A program made the translations under genes and the position numbers. This document shows, piece after piece, positions 60,420-64,000 of a stretch of 64,000 nucleotides of DNA (position 1 is its first letter; each line of letters opens with the position of its first letter). Source of the stretch: Centroscyllium fabricii (lineage: Eukaryota); the NCBI GenBank assembly GCA_051313645.2, contig JBNRSN020000017.1:80476001-80540000 (forward strand), written 5' to 3'. Under the pieces are notes generated by a model. It did not search any database and was not told the origin of the DNA. It worked only from the letters and a program-made list of their open reading frames with translations.

Positions 60420-62530
60420 AAATCATTTGAATTTAATCGTGCTTTTCTTGACCTCAAGAAGTCCCACAGCACTTCACAGCCAGTGAAGTAGTCACTGTCG
60501 TAATATAGGCAAACCTGGCCGCCAATTTGGGCACACCAAGTTTCCACAAACATCAATAAGAACATAAGAAATAGGAGCAGGAGTAGGCCAATCGGCCCCT
60601 CGAGCCTGCTCCGCCATTCAACAAGATCATGGCTGATCTGATCCTACCCTCAATTTTATTTTTACTCTCCACCCCGCCCAGACCCATGTGATCACCTGGG
60701 AGAGGCGAAAAGCCAGATTAAAAACCCAGTAGCCAATTTGGGAGAAAAAATCAGGAAAATTCCTCTCCGACCCATCTAGGCGATCGAAAACTGGTCCAGG
60801 AGATCACATGGCCGATCTGAACCTAGCCTCACGTCCACTTACCTGCCCGCTCACCATAACCCCTAATTCTCTTTAATTCCAGGAAACTGTCTATCTCAGT
60901 TTTAAATTTATTCAACGTAGTAGCTTCCACAGCTCTGGGGCAGCAAATTCCACAGCCCCACCACCCTCTGAGTGAAGAAGTTTCTCCTCATCTCAGTTTT
61001 GAAATGGCAGCCCCTTATTTTAAGATTATGCCCCCTAGTCCTAGTTTCACCCACCATTGGGAACATCCTCACCGCATCCACCCGATCAAGCCCTCTCACA
61101 ATCTTATATGTTTCAATAAGATCGCCTCTCATTCTTCTGAACTCCAATGAGTAGAGGCCCAATCTACTCAGCCTCTCGTCATATGTTAGCCCCCTCATCC
61201 CCGGAATTAACCTAGTGAACCTTCTCTGCACTGCCTCGAGAGCAAGTATGTCCTTTCTTAAATAGGGATACCAGAACTGCATGCAGTATTCCAGGTGTGG
61301 TCTCACCAATACCCTGTACAACTGCAGCAAGACCTCCCTGCTTTTATACTCAATCCCCTTAGCAATAAAAGCCAACATTCCGTTGGCCTTCCTTACCACC
61401 TGCTGCACCTGCATATTAACTTTCTGTGTCCCCTGCACCAGGACCCCCAGATCCCTTTGCACTGAAGTACTTTCCAGTTCCTTTCCATTTAGATAATAAC
61501 TCGCGCTCTTATTTTTCCTGCCAAAGTGCATAACTTCACATTTTCCAGTATTATACTCCATCTGCCAAATCTCTGCCCACTCACTTAGCCTATCTATGTC
61601 CTTTTGCAGGTTTTTAATGTCCTCCTCATTCATCACCCTCCCTCCCATCTTTGTGTCATCCGCAAACTTTACCCCGATATAGCTAAATATCACGCTATTT
61701 AAGAGCACTTACCACCTATGAGGTATAAAGAGTAAAAGGGAAGCAAGAGTACTTACCAACCAGCTGATTACCAACCTTCTTCGGATTGCCCCGCCGCTCC
61801 TCTTCTGCGGCGCCAGCCAAACCTAAGAGTTGGGACAGAAGCAAAGACAGAGAAGCACCCCCCTCACCTCCCACTTGCCCGAACTCTCCCTCTAACCAAA
61901 CTCTCGTTAGCACTCTATGCCTTCCGCACTCTGTGCCCGCCGCACTAAGCCCCGCCCCTTTTTAAATCATGATTTAACTTCCTGTTTTTCCTCTAAGTTT
62001 AAATGAATAAATTTAATTTCTTTTTAACTTACACTCTCAAATAAATAAATTAAATTAAATATACTTTTGTAAGCGTTTTAACAACTCACCACTTTCAATT
62101 CTGCTCAAAGCTCAAAGCACTTTTCAAATAGGCCCGCCCATTTTAAAATCGTGATTTAACTTCCTGTTTTTCCTCACTAAGTTTAAATGAATAAATTTAA
62201 TTTCTTTTTAACTTACACTCTCAAATAAATCAATGAAGTAGATGCCCCGATAATCTGTTGGTGATGTTGCGAGAGAATTTTTGGCCAGGGCACCAGGAGA
62301 AGTCCCATGTTTCTTTTTGAATAATGCCATGGGATCTTTGACCCTTACACAAGAGAGCAGACAGGATCTCAGTTTAACGTCTCATCCGATAAACTGCACC
62401 TCTGATAGTGAAGCACTCCCTCACTGAGGCATCAATCGAGATTATTTGCTCAAGTCCTGGAACGGGGTTTGAACCCAAGGCCCGTTGACTCTGAGGCGAG
62501 AGTGCCACCACTGAAGCAAGACTGACACCC
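60420..62530 (-). mobile_element. Deu-SINE split into tail (60420-60557) and head/body (62229-62530) by a 1.67-kb insertion
   Basis: Both halves match the reverse complement of 58171-58860 and are collinear across the insertion. Confidence 0.72.
60558..62228 (-). mobile_element. Bipartite CR1-derived element: ~560-bp leader with duplicated monomer joined to RT C-terminus and 3' UTR
   Basis: ORF 60908..61708 (KFADDTK...RNFFTQRVVGLWN); junction at 61670/61671; ~100-bp direct repeats at 61949-62046 and 62131-62230; ATCAAT on both flanks. Confidence 0.8.
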
Positions 62531-62593
62531 AAGCTAGGTGTAAATATAGCAGTTTTGAATACTGATTCTTCCAATTGGGATGATTTACACTTA

Positions 62594-62998
62594 ACATAGA
62601 AACATAGAAGATAGGAGCAGGAGTAGGCCATTCGGCCCTTCGAGGCTGCTCCGCCATTCAATGAGATCATGGCTGATCATCCAAACCCAGTACCCTGTCC
62701 CTGCCTTGTCCCCATATCCCTCGATCCCTATCGAGCCTGCACTGACACATAGCCCACCCTATCCCCGTAACCCCACATATTCAATCCCCCAAACACTAAG
62801 GGTCAATTTATCCTGGCCAATCAACCTAACCCGCACATCTTTGGACTGTGGGAGGAAACCGGAGCACCCGGAGGAAACCCACGCAGACACGGGGAGAATG
62901 TGCAAACTCCACACAGATAGTGCCCGATGCTGGATTTGAACCCGGGTCTCCAGAGCTGTGAAGCAACAGTGCTAACCACTATGCCACCATGCAGCCCC
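62594..62998 (-). mobile_element. Full-length V-SINE type 1, tail B
   Basis: Matches 55418-55812. Confidence 0.92.
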
Positions 62999-64000
62999 TA
63001 AACTTGTTACCTCCTGCACTCTGCTTTCTTAAACATCCTTAAAATATGTTTCTTTCTCCAAGAGTTCCCAGTTTTGCAATGTCGCCAACTTAATTGATCT
63101 GTCAGTCAGTCAAAAACTCAGGTTCTCATCTGCAACCTGACCTCGAAGTAAACCCACCATTAATTTCAAGAATACAAAGCCTTTACACCTTCCAGCCTTA
63201 AAGGCACATTTCTGCATTCTGTTTCACATGATAGACTATAATTCCTAATAAAGTTGGATATCACAAACCATATGAATTGTCATTGTTCAGAATATTACAA
63301 CATTTTGTGGGAACTTGAAGATTTATTTTTCTAGTCATTTTATATTCATCGGCAACAGTGGCGAATACTGCTGTTAGGAAGGCATCTGGGAATTGATTGG
63401 GTCCAACCTTCTTAAAATAGCAAATACATAGTTAAAATTACAAATGTTTTTGACGACAACATTGTGTGTTGTATGAATAGCACAGCAATGTTCACTCTTT
63501 AGGCTTGCACATGGCAGCTGGCTCCTTGGCTAGGATATCAGAGGGCACACAACCCCCTTGGAACTGTACTCCAGCAGGGGGGCCGTTCCTAAAGACAAGA
63601 AGGGGAGGGAAGTGAAAATATTCACATTCCTGCCAGTTCAGAAGGAATGTGCTCTTTGCAATCAACAATGCTGAACTGACTTTGCCAAGCTGAGAGTGCA
63701 ATTATAAACACAAAATTAATAGTTAGAATTTCATCAGGCTGGATGTTAAAGGTAGAAGATTGACATTGGAAGCATATTAATAGGGTTGTGAATCGTAGAC
63801 TTTTTCAGTACAGAAAAGGCTATTGTAAGGCATTGCCTGCAATAATGTAATTTCTATGTAATTCAATATATGCTAACTCCTGATTCTGAGAGGGTGGGGA
63901 GGAAAGTGGAACAAAACAATTAAATGGTGGCAGACTTCAGGCAAAACTCTGAAATCACGACGTAAGACAATTGAGCAATCTCTAGGAAAAGTTTGGTACT

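Noticed and set aside
60908-61708. Longest ORF (266 aa) as a host gene or active RT
   Set aside because: Only the CR1 RT C-terminal part from FADD onward; lacks the endonuclease and N-terminal RT motifs.
58076-64000. MAP2K4 exon 8 (PERIDP...)
   Set aside because: Not found by eye or in the ORF track; presumably downstream of the window.

Overview
This is vertebrate genomic DNA, inferred from its repeat content to be from a cartilaginous fish (shark-like). The whole window lies inside one + strand gene, MAP2K4 (MKK4/SEK1). Six canonical coding exons (equivalents of human exons 2-7; 103, 175, 120, 120, 52 and 128 nt, all GT-AG with matching phases) run from 23547 to 58075; exon 1 and exons 8 onward were not found in the window. 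Two further in-frame cassette exon candidates are visible: a 33-nt microexon at 5133-5165 resembling the mammalian MAP2K4 alternative (delta) exon, and a 99-nt open exon at 31264-31362 that I do not recognise. The introns hold many nested transposable elements: CR1 and L2 LINE fragments, V-domain (HE1-like) SINEs with two exchangeable tails, Deu-domain and LF-SINE-like SINEs, a tRNA-headed LINE together with its short SINE-like relative, Penelope-like fragments with minimal hammerhead motifs, a deleted hAT element, a POGK-like pogo transposase relic, and TA-flanked Tigger-like MITEs whose shared ends enclose different CpG-rich cargos. There is one 281-N assembly gap. Family names come from remembered consensus motifs, not database searches.
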